Assembly: GCF_018977255.1 (NCBI RefSeq)
Contig: NW_024704743.1
Coordinates: forward strand, 30,938,001 to 31,002,000
Source of the DNA: Callorhinchus milii
Taxonomy: Eukaryota
DNA: 64,000 nt
Direction: 5' to 3'
Under the pieces are notes generated by a model. It saw only the letters and a list, made by a program, of their open reading frames with translations. It was not told the DNA's origin and did not search any database. The position numbers and the translations under genes were made by a program. Shown piece after piece: positions 38,770 to 52,980 of this stretch (the first letter of the stretch is position 1; each line of letters starts with the position of its first letter).

Positions 38770-39250
38770 ATTAATTCAAAACTCTATGGGCCGGATACTC
38801 ACCCGCACAAAACTCCGTACCCTCATCACACCAGCCCTTGCCAGGCACTACTGGCTCCCAATAACCAAACGGATCGAGTTCAAGATACTTGTTTCCAAAT
38901 CACTTCATTCCCTCGCACCTCCCTACCTATCCGACCTGCTTAACCCCACTCCACCACCCGCTGCCTCACTTGGCTGGCTCCGGCCTCCTATTTATCCCTC
39001 GTGCCCTCCGTTCCACCATTGGTGGCTGTGCCTTCAGCCACTATGCCCCGAAACTTCTGGAACTCTCTCCCTCAATCCCTCCACCTTCGCCCATCCATCC
39101 CCATCTTCAAATCCCGCCTAAAGACCTTCCTTTTTGATCGTGCTTACAGTCACCTCCCCCTCCTTCGTTGTCAGACTCCACCACTGTGAAGCACTCTGGG
39201 ACGCTATCCTGCGTGAACGGTGCTATATAAATGCAAGTTGTTGTTGTTGC
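38770..39250 (+). mobile_element. L2 LINE 3' fragment
   Basis: HYWLPITKRIEFKIL...LAPPYLSDLL; FWNSLP..L...FKSRLKTFLFDRAY; tail ataaatgcaag(ttg)n. Confidence 0.9.
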
Positions 39251-39849
39251 ATAATAGAAAGCACCAAAATACAGTAACGTGACACTAATATGTCACCCTT
39301 TAGGTTCGAACTACACACTGGTGGCTTCCTGCGAGTGATTACAAGACAGTGAACTCACAGGTGTTCCTTATGATGCTGTATATAGTGAAACCTAAGGTCT
39401 CACAGAATCCCCGAAACCCTGAAATTGGATTACTTGCTGTTACTCGCTCCAGGCTACCATCTTTGTGAATACTGTACAACACATAGTTTCAGTAGTTGGG
39501 AGTCAGTTCAGCTTGAGGCCATGTTTTATGCTCGCTGAATACCAATGCTAGTACACTCCGTGTCATGCTGATGAAGAACTGAGTGTCGTTATGGCACCAA
39601 TGCCCAGTCGCTTGAGTATTGGATGAGGGAAATGCTTAGTAGTTTGATTCCTCCTCTCCTTTTTCTAAGTTTCTAGTCTCAACTGAGCTGGGTATGAATC
39701 AGGAGCTGGGCACTCACCGCACAAGGAGGGACATGGCAAGTCCACACTGACACGAGCAGAGGCTTGAGAGCCTTGTTTTGGTTCATCAACAACAACAACA
39801 ACTCAAATTTATATATCGCCCCTCACGCAGGGTAGCATCCCAGAGCGCT

Positions 39850-40410
39850 TGGTTGGATGTCTGTCACATAAGGAAACTCATTTCCACTCGCAGCAGTATG
39901 TAAATCAGAGTGAGAGTTCCACATATGTTTGCCACCTACACATGGAAACTTCCCTGTGTCTGTAATAGAATACGCACCGTACCCCCAGAGGGACGCACCC
40001 TGCTTAACTGATTCCAGAGAATATTAGGCAAGAACCAAAGCTTGAGGACCCCAGAGTAGGCGTTGTGAGTCTACATAGGTTGAGAGCACTGACTCACAAA
40101 CTTCCCACTGCTTGTCCATCTACTACAATCCTACCTGTCAGGGCTTTGGTGCGCAAGGTTAACGGGAGCTGAGTGGCAAGAATCTCTGCCCCCAGTGACT
40201 GTTCTGCTCTTCTTCAAGTTTTGCTGATGAGCCAGACTGGCTGCTTTGTCATCAGCAGGGCCCTGAAGTACTACTGACCCACCTGGTTCAGGAAATGGCT
40301 TACTGAGACAGCCACAGAGGATGTGACCTTCCGTTGCTGAGCATGTTACCTTGGAGCCCGTTCAGCTCCAAGGAGATCCCACTTACCTGCCCGCTCAAGG
40401 AGGGCAGGCA
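39850..40410 (-). repeat. Family C repeat copy (longest seen)
   Basis: Homologous to 8460-8900 and, in reverse, to 36035-36200. Confidence 0.8.
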
Positions 40411-41179
40411 CTTGATTCATACTCACACAACTACAGGGCAAATGTACAGAAAAAACAGTTTAAGAGAAAAATTAAACAAATGCATGAGGATTAATAACTG
40501 TAATTTCATTGTTAGCAATAAATAATTTGAACTGAATTACTTGGGAATTCTATAGCCAGCACACGTTAAGGTTCTTCTGTAGTATCATTTATTTTGCAGA
40601 CAACCATCTCCATTAAGGTAACCAACAACAACAACTTGCATTTATATAGCGCCCTTCATGCTGGATAGCGTCCCGGAGCGCTTAAGTGGTTTAACCATTC
40701 TTAAAGCCGAAAGATCCAGCAAAGTTTTAACAAACCAGAACACATGCAGCTTGCGATATTCTTTCAGTTCCAGAAAGCTGCAGTTAGCACACAGGTACAT
40801 TGGCACTGGATATCGGCATCCGTTTGTATTCTTAATCAGGCAGGAATATAGATTGGTTCCTTATTGGAAATCAGTAGTTCCATCTCACTTTACAACCGTG
40901 ATTGGTTTATATGCATTCACATGGCATCCCTTTCCCCCATTCCATTCCACTCACCGATTCAGAGGTTGAAATTAGTGCCTCTGAATGTGTTTGATATATT
41001 CTGAACAAAACACGACAAAACTGCAGATTTCAGCCCATAACTAGTGTGGCATCAGGGCAGCGGCATCAAAGGCAGAGTCTAGTGGCTCACAGTGCACGCA
41101 CTCTCTGACTTCTGAAATGTTGGTTGGGACTCTGAATAAAATTGCAGAGACATCAGTATCGCAAATGTACAGTGAAACA

Positions 41180-41488
41180 TAATAATAATAATGCTTGCAT
41201 TTGATATAGCACTTTTCACGGCTTCTAGACATCTCAAAGCACTTCACAGAATATACAGTAAAGTGAATTGACCGTATATTTGTGGGCGAAACGCGGCAGC
41301 CAATTGCGCACAGCAGTGTCCCACAAATAGTCGTGGATTGAAAATGACCAATTTATTATTGTTTTGGAGGGATTATTATTAGGCGTGTGGAGTAAGGAAA
41401 CTTGCCCAAGGTTTCGCCCTGCCTGGAATTGAACCCAGGTGTCTTGCTTGCAAGGCCAGCGCTCTAACCCCTGAGCTGCAGGACTCCA
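41180..41488 (-). mobile_element. Family A SINE, short form, full length
   Basis: Near-consensus reverse complement of 3916-4232. Confidence 0.92.
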
Positions 41489-42854
41489 CAGGATAACACA
41501 TTCAATACCTGGCAAATTAGAACGTATGCAATAGTGGAGCTCGTGCTGTAGATTTCAGGCATAAACCATTTACAGGTAGTAATGTGGAATATCATCCCAG
41601 GTTTCAACTATGGAATTCACTGTAACCCTTGTGCAGTAGTTTTGCACCAGTGCCCTTAACAGCACTCAATATTTGTATACAACTATACCCTTCATTGTTC
41701 GGAAATCTCATATGTAGAGTTTCCCCACTTCATACTTTTGCACCATGAGAATAATCTTAATAAAACTTATCCCAGGGGAACAGCATTCTGTACTCAACAG
41801 ACTGTGGATATTGTAATTAACAGCTGCTACTGAGATTTGTATATCAATTCTTGGGATAAAAAAAAACACCACTCATTTTTGGCTTGAACAAACTGGTGCA
41901 ATTCATTTCTGTCACATGCAGAATTCTATGCAAAATAGCATTAAGTGCAGTAGATATAACATGCTCAGTCACTGAGCTCGGACCCGTGCTTTAGGTAGGA
42001 GATGCAATAGTGTTTAATGTTTTTGAAGTTCCCATAAAGAATCCAAGAAGCAAAGCAAAAATTTAATTAATCTCCAAAAACTGACACAGGAGGTTAGACG
42101 GAGGTGTGCCAGACTTAAATTAGGCACGGACTGAATGCCAATGTTTGCCAGTAGAATCGAAAGCTGTTCACATTTAACAGGAATGTCATGCTCTCAAGCA
42201 TGCAGTAGCTTTCTTCCCTGGGCAATGTTTGCATCATCTCAGTCACTCTCTTGGGAGATTTCAGCCACCAGTGAAGTTCTGAATAACCTTGCACCCCATG
42301 TAAAACATCAGCCAATGGGCCACACTTCTGCATACCATTTCAGAGAACTGTCTATCCCAGGAATAAAATGTCTGGGACTCAATAATAATAATAGTAATAA
42401 TAACCCTTGCATTTGATATAGCACCTTATTATGTCATCTAAACAACTCAAACCACTTCATATGATTTTTACTATGAAGTATAGGGACTGTGTATTTATAA
42501 GCAAATATGGCAACCAATTTGCAACACAGCAATTTAGACTCCTGATAACTGGCATTTGTTCTGTGCCACATTACAGCATTTTGATCAACTGGCCTGGTTT
42601 ACGCACGTGTCCGAGAGGAGCTTTTCCAAGGAGTATGCCTGACAACAATGGAAATAGTCAGCATGGGGGGAGTTCACCATTGAATTAGGATAATCATTAG
42701 TGGGGGGAAAAAAGGCAATTCATTTGAAAAACATAAATGGATACTTTTGAACAATAAGTGGAACATAAAACAGGAAGGATACTCCTCCTGATGGTTCAGC
42801 TGGTAAAGAAATCAAGTAGGAATCTCAGCTAAAATGACAGGAGAGGCGTTACAA

Positions 42855-43870
42855 TACAACAACTTGCATTTATATAGCGCCCTTCACGATGAATGGTGTC
42901 TCAGAGTGCTTAACAGTAGCGGAGCCTGATGCCGAGCTAGGGGGAAGGGGGCGGTGACTGTAGGCACGGTTGAAGAGGAAGGCCTTCAAGCGTGACCTGA
43001 AAATGGGGAGAGTGGGGGGATTGACGGAGAGAGTTCCGCAGCTTCGGGGTGTAGTGGCTGAAAGCACGGCTACCGATGGTGGAGCAGAGGACAAGGAGGA
43101 GGCTGGAGCTAGTCGAGTGGAGGATTAGGTAGTAGTGCAGCTCAGTGGAGTCCTGTAGCTCAGTGGTTAGAGCAAGTGAGAGACCTGGGTTCAATTCCCG
43201 GCAGGGCGAAACCTTGGGCAAGTTTCCTTACTCCACATGCCTGATAATCCCTCAAGAAAAAAAATAATAATTTGGTCACTCAATCCACAACTGTCTGTGG
43301 GACACTACTGTGCACAATTGCCTGCCCCGATTCGCCCACAAATATAGTGTCAATTCACTTTGCAATATATTCTGTGAAGCACTTTGAGACATCTAGAAGA
43401 TGTGAAAAACGTTATATCAAATGCAAGGATTATTAGTATTTTTGTTTATAGTGTAGGGAAAGAGCAAGTTGGAGACATAGTGGGGTGCCAGGGAACAAAG
43501 GGATTTAAATACAAGAGTGACGATCTTGAAATTGACCCACTCTGGGACAGGGAGCCAATAGAGTTTGACAAGGACTGCGGTAATGGAGGTAGAGTTTAGT
43601 GCGGGTGAGAATGTAGGCGGTGGAGTTCTCAATTAGTTGAACTTTGTGAATAGTGGAGCAGGGAAGATTGAGTAGTCGAGGCGAGAGATAACAAAGGCGT
43701 GGACTAGGATTTCGGTAGCTTGTGGAGTGAGGTGTTATTGGAGACGAGCAATGTGGCGGAGGTGGAGGAAAGCGGTCCTGGTCACGGACCGAATGTGGGG
43801 TACAAAGGCTAGCTGGGGTCAAACCTGACTTCAAAACTGCGCACTGTCTCGGTGAGTCTTAGGGAGAGAT
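42855..43870 (-). mobile_element. L2 3' fragment split by a plus-strand family A SINE (about 43136-43437)
   Basis: L2 frames LYWLPV..WVNFKI...LAP.Y above the SINE and STIGSRAFSHY.PKL.NSL below it. Confidence 0.85.
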
Positions 43871-44904
43871 CGGGCAGGGTCATCGGGTAGCATAATCACC
43901 TTCTGGTTTGGCAATCCTGTAGGTCAGTTCGATTTAGAAGGAATCCTGTTAAGAACTACTCAAAGTTAGACCATGATACAAGAATAAGGAAAGGATATAA
44001 TAGGGAGACAGAGATGAGTAAATCCCATATGATGTATTAAAATGATCAGAGAATGGTCCCTTTATTCGATAGGTACAACTTGCATTCATACAGCGCCTTC
44101 ACATGTGGCAGCGTCTCAGAGCACTGAAAAGCAAATGGATCAAAATAAACCAGAAATTGACAACAAAAATTCTTCACACAGAGGATTATAAAAATCTGAA
44201 ATGCACTGCCCAGAAGGTCGTGGAGCTAAATCAATTGGGGTGTTTAAAAAGGGTAATTAGATAGATACTTTGGGGAAAAGGGTTGTCAGGGGATATAGAG
44301 AAAATAAAAAAATGGGATTAAAAGACCTGCCACGATCAAATAAAGTTGTGGATTAGGCTCACTGGACTGAATGGCTTTCTCTTAGATGAACAACAGAAAC
44401 AAAACAAATAAGAGAACATTTGGAAAAGAGAGATGATAGGCAATTAAAATACCATAATTGTATAGGCACTTTGAATGATATCTGTTTTCAGCGCTTTGGG
44501 ACGTCCTCCCAACGTGAAAGGCGCTCTATAAATGCAATTTTGTTGTCGTTGTTTTCACAGTGCATTAAATTCAGAAACAATCCTACAATTTGAATCTGGT
44601 TTACAAGCCCCCCATCAAATACTATTGAACACCCTATCCCTGTGGGGAGCAGAGCGTATCCCTGTTTATACTGCTGTGAACAGGTCTCCATGAGATATGG
44701 TTGTGTTTCATACAGATGACAAATAAGATTACATAATACTGCAAGTAGCAGAAAAGAGCTTCACACAAGGTGGTCGCTACAACCAGACTAAATCCTCCAA
44801 TCAATTTAATTAAATCATAATTTTTTTTAAATTCAGAAGGTTTTCCTGTTACCCCCCACCCGTAATTTTGTTCTGTCTACTTTGTAAAGGTGATGACTGG
44901 TGCT

Positions 44905-45215
44905 GGGTTACGGTTTTACAAGTACAACCTGTCCTCTAGTACCGTGCTCGAGTGTGAGCTTGGACAGCAAGTGCAGGCAGCTGAGTTTGAGTCTGTCTTC
45001 CCTTGACAACGACTCGCATGCAATTTCTAGCCACCAGAAGTGCAAACCTTGTCTGATTTTCTCCTCCTCACCGAGGGCACTAAGGCCAACTGCAGCTGTG
45101 ACCTTGGCTGAGATCAGCTAACTCAACCCAGACAAGAGTCAAACCAGTGACCTTCTGGCCTGTATGTTCCCGTGTCTAACCAGTAGTGCCTTAACCACTA
45201 GGCCATCAGAGAGGC
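44905..45215 (-). mobile_element. Family B SINE-like copy
   Basis: ggctgagatcagctaactca and gtgtgagcttggacag; head ...ttaaccactaggccatcag. Confidence 0.65.
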
Positions 45216-46321
45216 CCTTAAAATAATATTTACATCTAACTTTTAAAATTTTAATTAGCCACTGACATTCAGTGTAAATGGAAACATAGGTCCACAGTGG
45301 GACTGTCTAAAGAACAGATAGACGTTTTGTTTAAACATAAAGCAAATAGGAACAATACGAAATGAAAGTCAGAATTATATGGTTCAATTAAGAAGTGTGG
45401 AAAAATAAAATAGTGATGCATAACAGATCAGGTGCAAAGAAAGAGCTGGGCAGAAGTAACATTTAAAACTCTCTCCCTTTTAATGCTTTATTTTCAAAGT
45501 GTGTATTTTGCAGTATTGCATTCAAACTACAACAACAACAACTTATATTTATAAAACGCCTTTCACGTCGGGAGGACGTCCCAAGGCACCGGAGTAACAA
45601 AGCTAGACTCAACACCTCAGTAGTTGTAATATGGTAACATCAGGGGATTGTTCAGTTGAATTGTGTGAGTTGAAATGCTTCAATGAAATAGCCATCCCAG
45701 CAAGTACAGAATTCCCTGGAGTTGCCAGCAGTCTAGTCTAAACCTAAAGCTGCAGTTCATTACAGGTTAACCCTGATGTTTCAGCTTCCTTAATCTTTTT
45801 ATCTTTCCCAAGCAAAAATGTAACATATAAAATAAATCAACTCTGAGCTATTTCTATCCTTCCAACAGACAACTTCCCCAGTGAATTTCCAAATGTTCAC
45901 ATAACAGCTCCAGAGTTGATCCTCAGTGATTTTTTTTCCTGTTGAATATCAAACCATAATTTATGCTCCCTGCAAACCCACATTGCTTTCTGCCTTCACA
46001 GTATTCTAAGTGTAAAAGCCAACTTTTGAAATCAGTTGAAAAATTCAGAGTATAGCACAAGCTGAGGCTTGTACCTGACTGCCCACAAACATCTGGCCAG
46101 GCATAAACATCATAACGGCATTTCAAAATGATTCTTGGGTTCATATACTTTACACCCAATACTGCATCATTTTTTACAACATAGTTTTGTAGATGAAAGG
46201 CAACTATTTTATTATAACCATTCATGACTACTAAACCTGCATTATGATAATCAGCACGATGAGCTCAAAGTCCATATGTGGGTCTTAAATCCATACCTGT
46301 TGATTCAAAGGCAAGAACACT

Positions 46322-46828
46322 TCTTGCAAGCGAGAGACCTGGGTTCGATTCCAGGCAGGGCGAAACCTTGGGCAAGTTTCCTTACTCCACACGCTTAATA
46401 ATAATCCCTCAAAAAAAAAAAATTGGTCACTTCAATCCACGACTGTTTTGTGGGACACTGCTGTGCATAATTGGCTGCTGCGTTTCGCCCACAAATATAT
46501 AGTTAATTCACTTTACAATATATTCCGTGAAGCCCTTTGAGCCGTCTAGAAGACATGAAAAGCACTATATCAAATGCAAGGATTATTATTATTGATTATC
46601 ACGTCATCGAGACGTCTCAAAGCGCTTCACAGGATATACTGTAAGGTGGATTGACTGTAGTGAAGACTGAGATTGATAGATTTCTAAAGGATAGAGGGAT
46701 TAAGGGATATGGGGATAAGGCAGGCAGATGGAGTTAGGTTAGAAGATCAGCCATGATCTTATTGAATGGCGGGGCAGGCTCGAGGGGTCGAATAGCCTAC
46801 CCCTGCTCCTAATTCCTATGTTCCTATG
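46322..46828 (+). mobile_element. Family A SINE (to about 46592), inverted tail stub, then CR1 3' end (about 46660-46828)
   Basis: Family A motifs; CR1 tail gatcagccatgatcttattgaatggcgg...ttcctatgttcctatg. Confidence 0.88.
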
Positions 46829-47389
46829 TATTTGTGGGCAAAACTTTGTCAAGTTATTGTGGGCACTTCAACAATGGACAAATCCATATTGTTACTTCCA
46901 TTTGCATACCACCACAATAATTGGCCACTGTGTTTATTTTCACGCACAGAAAATGAGGCATTACATTCCTGGTAAGCACAGTGAGTGTCACGTAGTTCTG
47001 ATCCATACAGTCCAGGAAACTAGGGTTCCTGTTCCTGATCACTATCCAGCAAAGTAGTTGTGTGTGGATTAATCTACAAGGTGCTATGATGGATAATCTG
47101 CTGCCTAGGCTCATATGAATGGAATAGCAGAACTATATGAATATTTGTATTAAATTGATCAAGATTGTACATATCCAGAAGAGTGCTTAGACACTTCTGA
47201 TATTCGCTTAGTAATAAAACTCAATATGTCGTTCATCATTTTGCAAACTTACATTATGTATTACGCTAGTTTCATATATTAAACCTTTTGAAGTTTCACT
47301 ATAACTCAATACAATAGAAAATGTTTTTTGACAGTTGTAGAAATGTACAGCTCAGAAGGAGGTCATTTGGGCCGTTATCTCCATACTCC

Positions 47390-47721
47390 CCTTGCAAGCA
47401 AGAGACCTGGGTTTGATTCCCGGCAGGGCAAAATGTTGGTCGAGTTTCCTTTCTCCATACACTTCTGTTTACCTAGCAATAAGTAGGAACCCAGTTGTTA
47501 GTCAATTGGCAGATCGCTTTTCTGGGGGTAATAATTCCTTCAAAAAACAAAATTCACTTTAATCCACGACTTTTTGTGGAACACTGCTATACGCAATTGG
47601 CTGCCACGTTTCGCCCACAAAATATACAGTCAATTCACTTTATAGTATATTCTGTGAAGCGCTTTGAGATGTTTTGAAGATGTAATAAGGTGCTATATCA
47701 AATGCAAGGATTATTATTATA
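47390..47721 (+). mobile_element. Family A SINE, long form
   Basis: Contains ctgtttacctagcaataagtaggaaccc...gatcgctttt segment and the standard tail. Confidence 0.88.
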
Positions 47722-48802
47722 TGTCAAGTGCCGTCACTTGGCAGATCCTGGATGGGACCCGAAGAACTGGAAACTAGCGTAACACCAGAGTCTACAGGAA
47801 ATGGAGCAAGAAAATTGGAGGAAGGAGGGGTGGAGAAAGAGAGAAAACGATAAAAAGAGAAGGCTGCAACTAATTTATACAAATCCGCTGAATATGCATC
47901 GGGATAATTCTGTGCCAATATGTCTATCTGGGAGAAATGTGGACTTGTTCGGACCATCTGTTTAAACAGTAACGTGTGAACAAGAACTGGTCTATGAGCA
48001 CACAGACATGCAGACATGCACCTGATGGGTGTAGTAATTAGTCGAGAGTACAGCAACTCTCTGGCAATGCCAGCTCCGGAATGCAAAGAACACAATGCAG
48101 TCAGGAGCTCCAGGCTGTCAGGCCGGCTGCCAGCCCGCATCTCCACAGGCCGACAACCAGCCTCCCACATAAAAGTTTAAAATCTCTATTGCGAAGTCCT
48201 GCAGTTCATTCACTGAACATATATAAATATATAATTGTGCCCACTGAAGAAGTAACCTTTACACGGAATAGCCGTACAACTTTCATGATGTTAAGCAGTA
48301 AACTCATTGAGTAATCCTCCCCCGATGGCCCGGTGAGTTTAATGAGCGAGTAGCTGAACCACAGTCTGGCAAGATCCAGGGTATAATCTCCAGACTGTGC
48401 AGTTAGCTGATCTAAGGAGTGTGTATGTCAGTATGTACGTGTGTGTGTGTGCTACAATTGGCTTCAGTGTTCTCGGATAGGGAAGTGACTGGGTTGCCCA
48501 TTAGTCTGCCAACACACAGACCAAGTGCACACATGAATATGGCCACCCGATCAAGGTATCAGAGAATAACTGCTGCCCATAGATTCATAGTCTCAGTACA
48601 TGCCCTCTGGGTAGGCGGGAAAGGAAACCAAATTTGTGAAGGAAAGCAGTAAGACTGAAAATAAATATTTGGGAGTTTGGCGGTGATGTAGTGAATAAAT
48701 ATCAGGTTATCATAAACACTAAACACAATGTACACTAGCAGCCATCTCATTAACATTTATTCAAACTTCATCTTGGATATAAATGTTAATATTGATTCCC
48801 AG

Positions 48803-49122
48803 TAGGGCAAAATGTTGGGCAAGTTTCCTCACTCCACAGGCCTGTTTATCTATTTAGTATTTAGTATTTAGTAGGAATCCACTCGTTAGTCAATTGGCAA
48901 ATCCCCTTTCCGGGGGGCATTAGTTCCTTCAATTTAAAAAAATAACAATAATAAATTGGTCACTTGAATCTACAACTGTTTGTGGAACACTGCTGTGCGC
49001 AATGGCTGCCGCGTATTGTCCACAAAATATACAGTCAATTCACTTTACAGTATATTCTGTGAAGCGCTTTGAGACGTCTCGAAGACGTGATAAAGCACTG
49101 TATCAAATGCAAGGATTATTAT
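48803..49122 (+). mobile_element. Family A SINE, long form, 5'-truncated
   Basis: gggcaaaatgttgggcaagtttcc... through aaatgcaaggattattatt. Confidence 0.85.
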
Positions 49123-52100
49123 TCTGTAACATTTTTTCAATTTGGGCATAACAGTCTAAATGAAATTGAGACTGTGCAAACTAATAAAGAGAGCTGGGGA
49201 CGGGGGTGGAGGGAAAGACATTTTGAGGTTGGAAATAGTAGTAGTCCGCAATGGATTTCACTCTTAGTCACTCAAGCAAACTCTTGTGGTGCTTTGAGTG
49301 TTTTTTATGTCATGCTCTCAGTTTCTGGAAGGATTCCATATGAGCGATGACTCCAAGTCGCTATCAGTGAATCTGGTTGTGAACCACTGCTCTGTTGATC
49401 GAAATTACAGGCGGTTGGCCAGTTATTTTAGTGCAGGAGCTAAAATGGCAGATTTCCAGGTCAAACGCTCCGGGACGCTACCCCGCCTGAATGCCGCTAT
49501 ATAAATGGAAGCTGTTGTTGTTGTCATTAGATCTCTGCTGACATCACTTCCTGTGTGTTGTGCTCAGGAAGTGATGTGAGTGGTGACCCAATGATCAAGA
49601 AGTCTGCTACTTTGGGTGAGAGAAGGCTGGCAAGGCGGAAGGAAGTGAGCGGGCAGGCTGCAGCATGTGCCATGAATGGGGTTACACTGCAATTGCATTA
49701 TAACCAAATCTGAGTTATAAAGAGGCTGCTCTGTATCAACAATCGGATGTGATATTCAGATCCCAATTAATTGCCACTTCCAGTTTGCCAATTTTGACAG
49801 CCGTTTCTGTAGTGATATTCACAAAGCAGCTAACTGCCATTTCCGAAGGCCACAACTTTCATTTATCTAATGTCCGTCACGTAGGATAATGTCTCAGAGA
49901 ACCTCAAGTGACATATAACCTTATTTAATGCGACTTTCCTGAATGAAAATGATTGCAAACACAAGCAACTGGAAACAACTGAGGAAAAAGAACCAAATCA
50001 TTCTGAAGTGGAAAAGTTTCATGGATTCTCCTATATATACGAAAGGTGTGGAACGGAGTGCTCAAGTGTCTGCCGCACTGGGACTATAACTCACAATCTA
50101 TCAATTCAGCCTCCACTGAGTTACAAACAGCAACAGTTTTCACTCGTTCTCATTTTTGCTCGATAAAATTGGTCATTCACTTCATGGCTGTTTGTGGGAC
50201 ATTGCTGTATGCAAACTGGCTGCTTTGTTTGCCAACAAATACACAGCCACAGTATATCCTGTGAAATGCTTTGAGACGCGATGAGGTGCTAAATCAAATG
50301 CAAGGATTATTATTTATAAAATGTGCACAGCAATGTCCCGCAAACAACCATGTGAATGACTAATTTTATCTGCTTGCAACATAAACTATGAACTTCCAAT
50401 ATGTCACACTGACTTAGGAGACCTCAGTTCTGAGAAGATTGTTTGTGGGCAGACGTCTGGCCAGTTGAGGGTGATGCACAGGGATTTCCCTGTAGAAATG
50501 CAGTTCACCATATGTTTTTTCTGGAGGTTTCACCATTCCATCGATTTTTAAACCTCACCATCTATCTACAGTGAAGAGGAAAACAAGGCTTTTCCAGTTG
50601 ACACTAATTCCACTTGTAACTGAGCTGTCGGAGCCACACTTACAGATCTTTCCGCCACCCTCCTCCCAAAGGAGAGATGAGGCAGGTGTCACATTCCCAA
50701 GGAGAATTAACCTCATGGTACACACACTTCCTGCTCATGTGCCACCCTTTCAATCATTCAAAACGAAAAAAGAAAATCTCAATATTCTCAGGTTCGTGGT
50801 CTCTCTTTTCTCCTCTTCCCCAAAAAGCTGACTGCACATTCTTCCCTTTGGCACAGAAAGGCAGATGGGTGGCATTGGACATTTCCATAGCAATCTGCTC
50901 CCCTGTGGCCAGCTGGTAGGAGTGCATATGTGCTACCCAATACTTGCTGTCTTTCGCTGGCAAGGGGTATCTCAGCTTGGTGCTGTGCCGAACAGCTCAG
51001 CCAAAATCGACAACTCACCATCTGGGATAAACCCAAGTGGGAATGCCATCCAAAACCTGGCTCAGTCTGTGTTGCAGTGTACTACTGTGCCATGCACCGC
51101 TGTTCCTTTCAAAACAGCTAGCTAGCAGGACATACTGGAGATCACATTGTCCAAACTATACCAAGTAGCTTGCATCACAACATTGCCACTGCCACACCAC
51201 CTTCAAACACCCGAAACGGTTAACTGGGAACAAATAAAGAGCTTTTTGTAGTCCTTTAATGCATCGGATATTAGATTTGCAAAATCTGCTGCTGACTGTC
51301 CAAGAAAGACCATATACTGTTCTGCTTTAGGAGCCCTGAACATGGATAGACTCATGACAACAAGCAGGGAACTGCTTCCAAACGGGAAACACCCTCTGCA
51401 TTTCTTTTTAAAAGTCACCACTACAAAGAGCACAAATGTTCCTCATGGAGACTCATCCTCAATTTTCTTCCCCGCACACCACATGTAAGACACCCACTAC
51501 ACGTGAATGGATGACCACAGTGGCCTTGTGGCAGCTCACATGCACTATGCTATCCTTACACTGAATTAACCCTGCTTCAGTATATCCTGGTTAGAAACAG
51601 TTCAACACTCGATTAAATCAATACCATTTTGTATTGGTGATACTGAGCCAAATGCTAATTCTTTATTTTGATGCTCTAATAATCTGAAATTATTAGAGAT
51701 GTAATGATAAATGGACATGAGCAGCTCTCTATAAACCCCTTGACAAGATAAATAAGACTTTCTGGTAGAAATCTGGTACATCCACTGTTTTGGATCAGCA
51801 ATGAAAATTTGATGCTTCAACAAAAAGCAGATGAAGGAAGTAAAAAAAAAGTTACTTTGCCATTTTTAACCGTGGTTTCCTCGAGCCACAGTAATAATAA
51901 TGTTCCAACAAACGTGAAAACAAGGGTCTCCTTGTCTTCCACCGGCTCAGTACAGTGAGTGTATTGGCTATTGTGGAACTGTACTTTACAAACCAGAAAG
52001 GTAGATAAATCCTTTGTGTGGCCTTGGTGAGCAGATCTCAGCGAGGGCAATCATAGAGACGGTATAATGGACCAGCATTCCTGGGAGTATGGGGTGTGGC

Positions 52101-52624
52101 GAAAGGGCATGGAAGCAGCTCTGAAACAATTAAAATGGCAGCAAATACAAGACAGGCTGAATGGTCCTCTTCTGTGAACTTGTATGGTTCTATGAGCTGG
52201 GGAAGTGAAAGTATTGGGGGTGTGGGGGGAGAAATGTAATGTAAATACTTTCAATTTCTACCAGAAAGGGAAGTGGCAAATCTTTTATAGGGCCGAATGT
52301 GCCACAATGTCTAAAAGCATTCCTTTCTGGTGGAAACTCTTTCTGGTTACATGTACCTGTAGGAATTCTGCTCCCAGTAGATGATGTCGATGCTGAGTTC
52401 CCGTGACTCAGTAAGTCCGGTTTCCTCATTAAGGAATTCCATTAGAAGTCGTTACACAAATGACGGCAATATCTCCTGTACATTGAGGCACTGCCAACAG
52501 TAGCAGCCTTGATTTTTATAGCAGTGCTGCAGTGTAAAGTGATGTTTGCACTGCATTTAGTGGAGTTGAGATTGACCTCGAGAGCTCCGCTCAGGGCAGC
52601 ATCAGTCTCTGACTGCACTGAAAG

Positions 52625-52935
52625 GTTGGGCTCAGTTGGCAGTACTCTCTTTCACCTCTGAGTCAGAAGGTTGTGGGTACAAACCCCATGTTGGGATAGT
52701 CTAGGCTAACACTTCAGTGCCTTGCTGGGGGTTTGCTGTATTGTTGGAAATCCCGTCTTTCAGATGCAATGTTAAACTTTGGTCTCATCTGCCTGTGCAG
52801 GTGGACATTAAAGATGCCAAGCACTATTCAAAAAGAGAAGGGAGTTTCTCCTGGTGACCAGGGCAGCAATCCCCAAAACAAAACCAGTCACTCACTGCGT
52901 GGCTGTTTGTAAGACATTGCTGTGAACAACAGGCT
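52625..52935 (+). mobile_element. Deu-domain SINE, 3' end interrupted by the Penelope element
   Basis: gctcagttggcagtactct...gagtcagaaggttgtgggt...caggtggacattaaagatg...gcactattc. Confidence 0.8.
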
Positions 52936-52980
52936 GTGACACTCAGCAGGTCAGGCAGCATCTATGGAGAAAGGAAAGTG

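Noticed and set aside
40222-40257. CTGATGAG hammerhead-like box in family C (also at about 8868)
   Set aside because: No GAAA box after the stem; it is simply one arm of a hairpin
47724-48170. 148-aa minus-strand ORF in non-repeat sequence
   Set aside because: No recognisable domain or splice signals; consistent with a chance ORF
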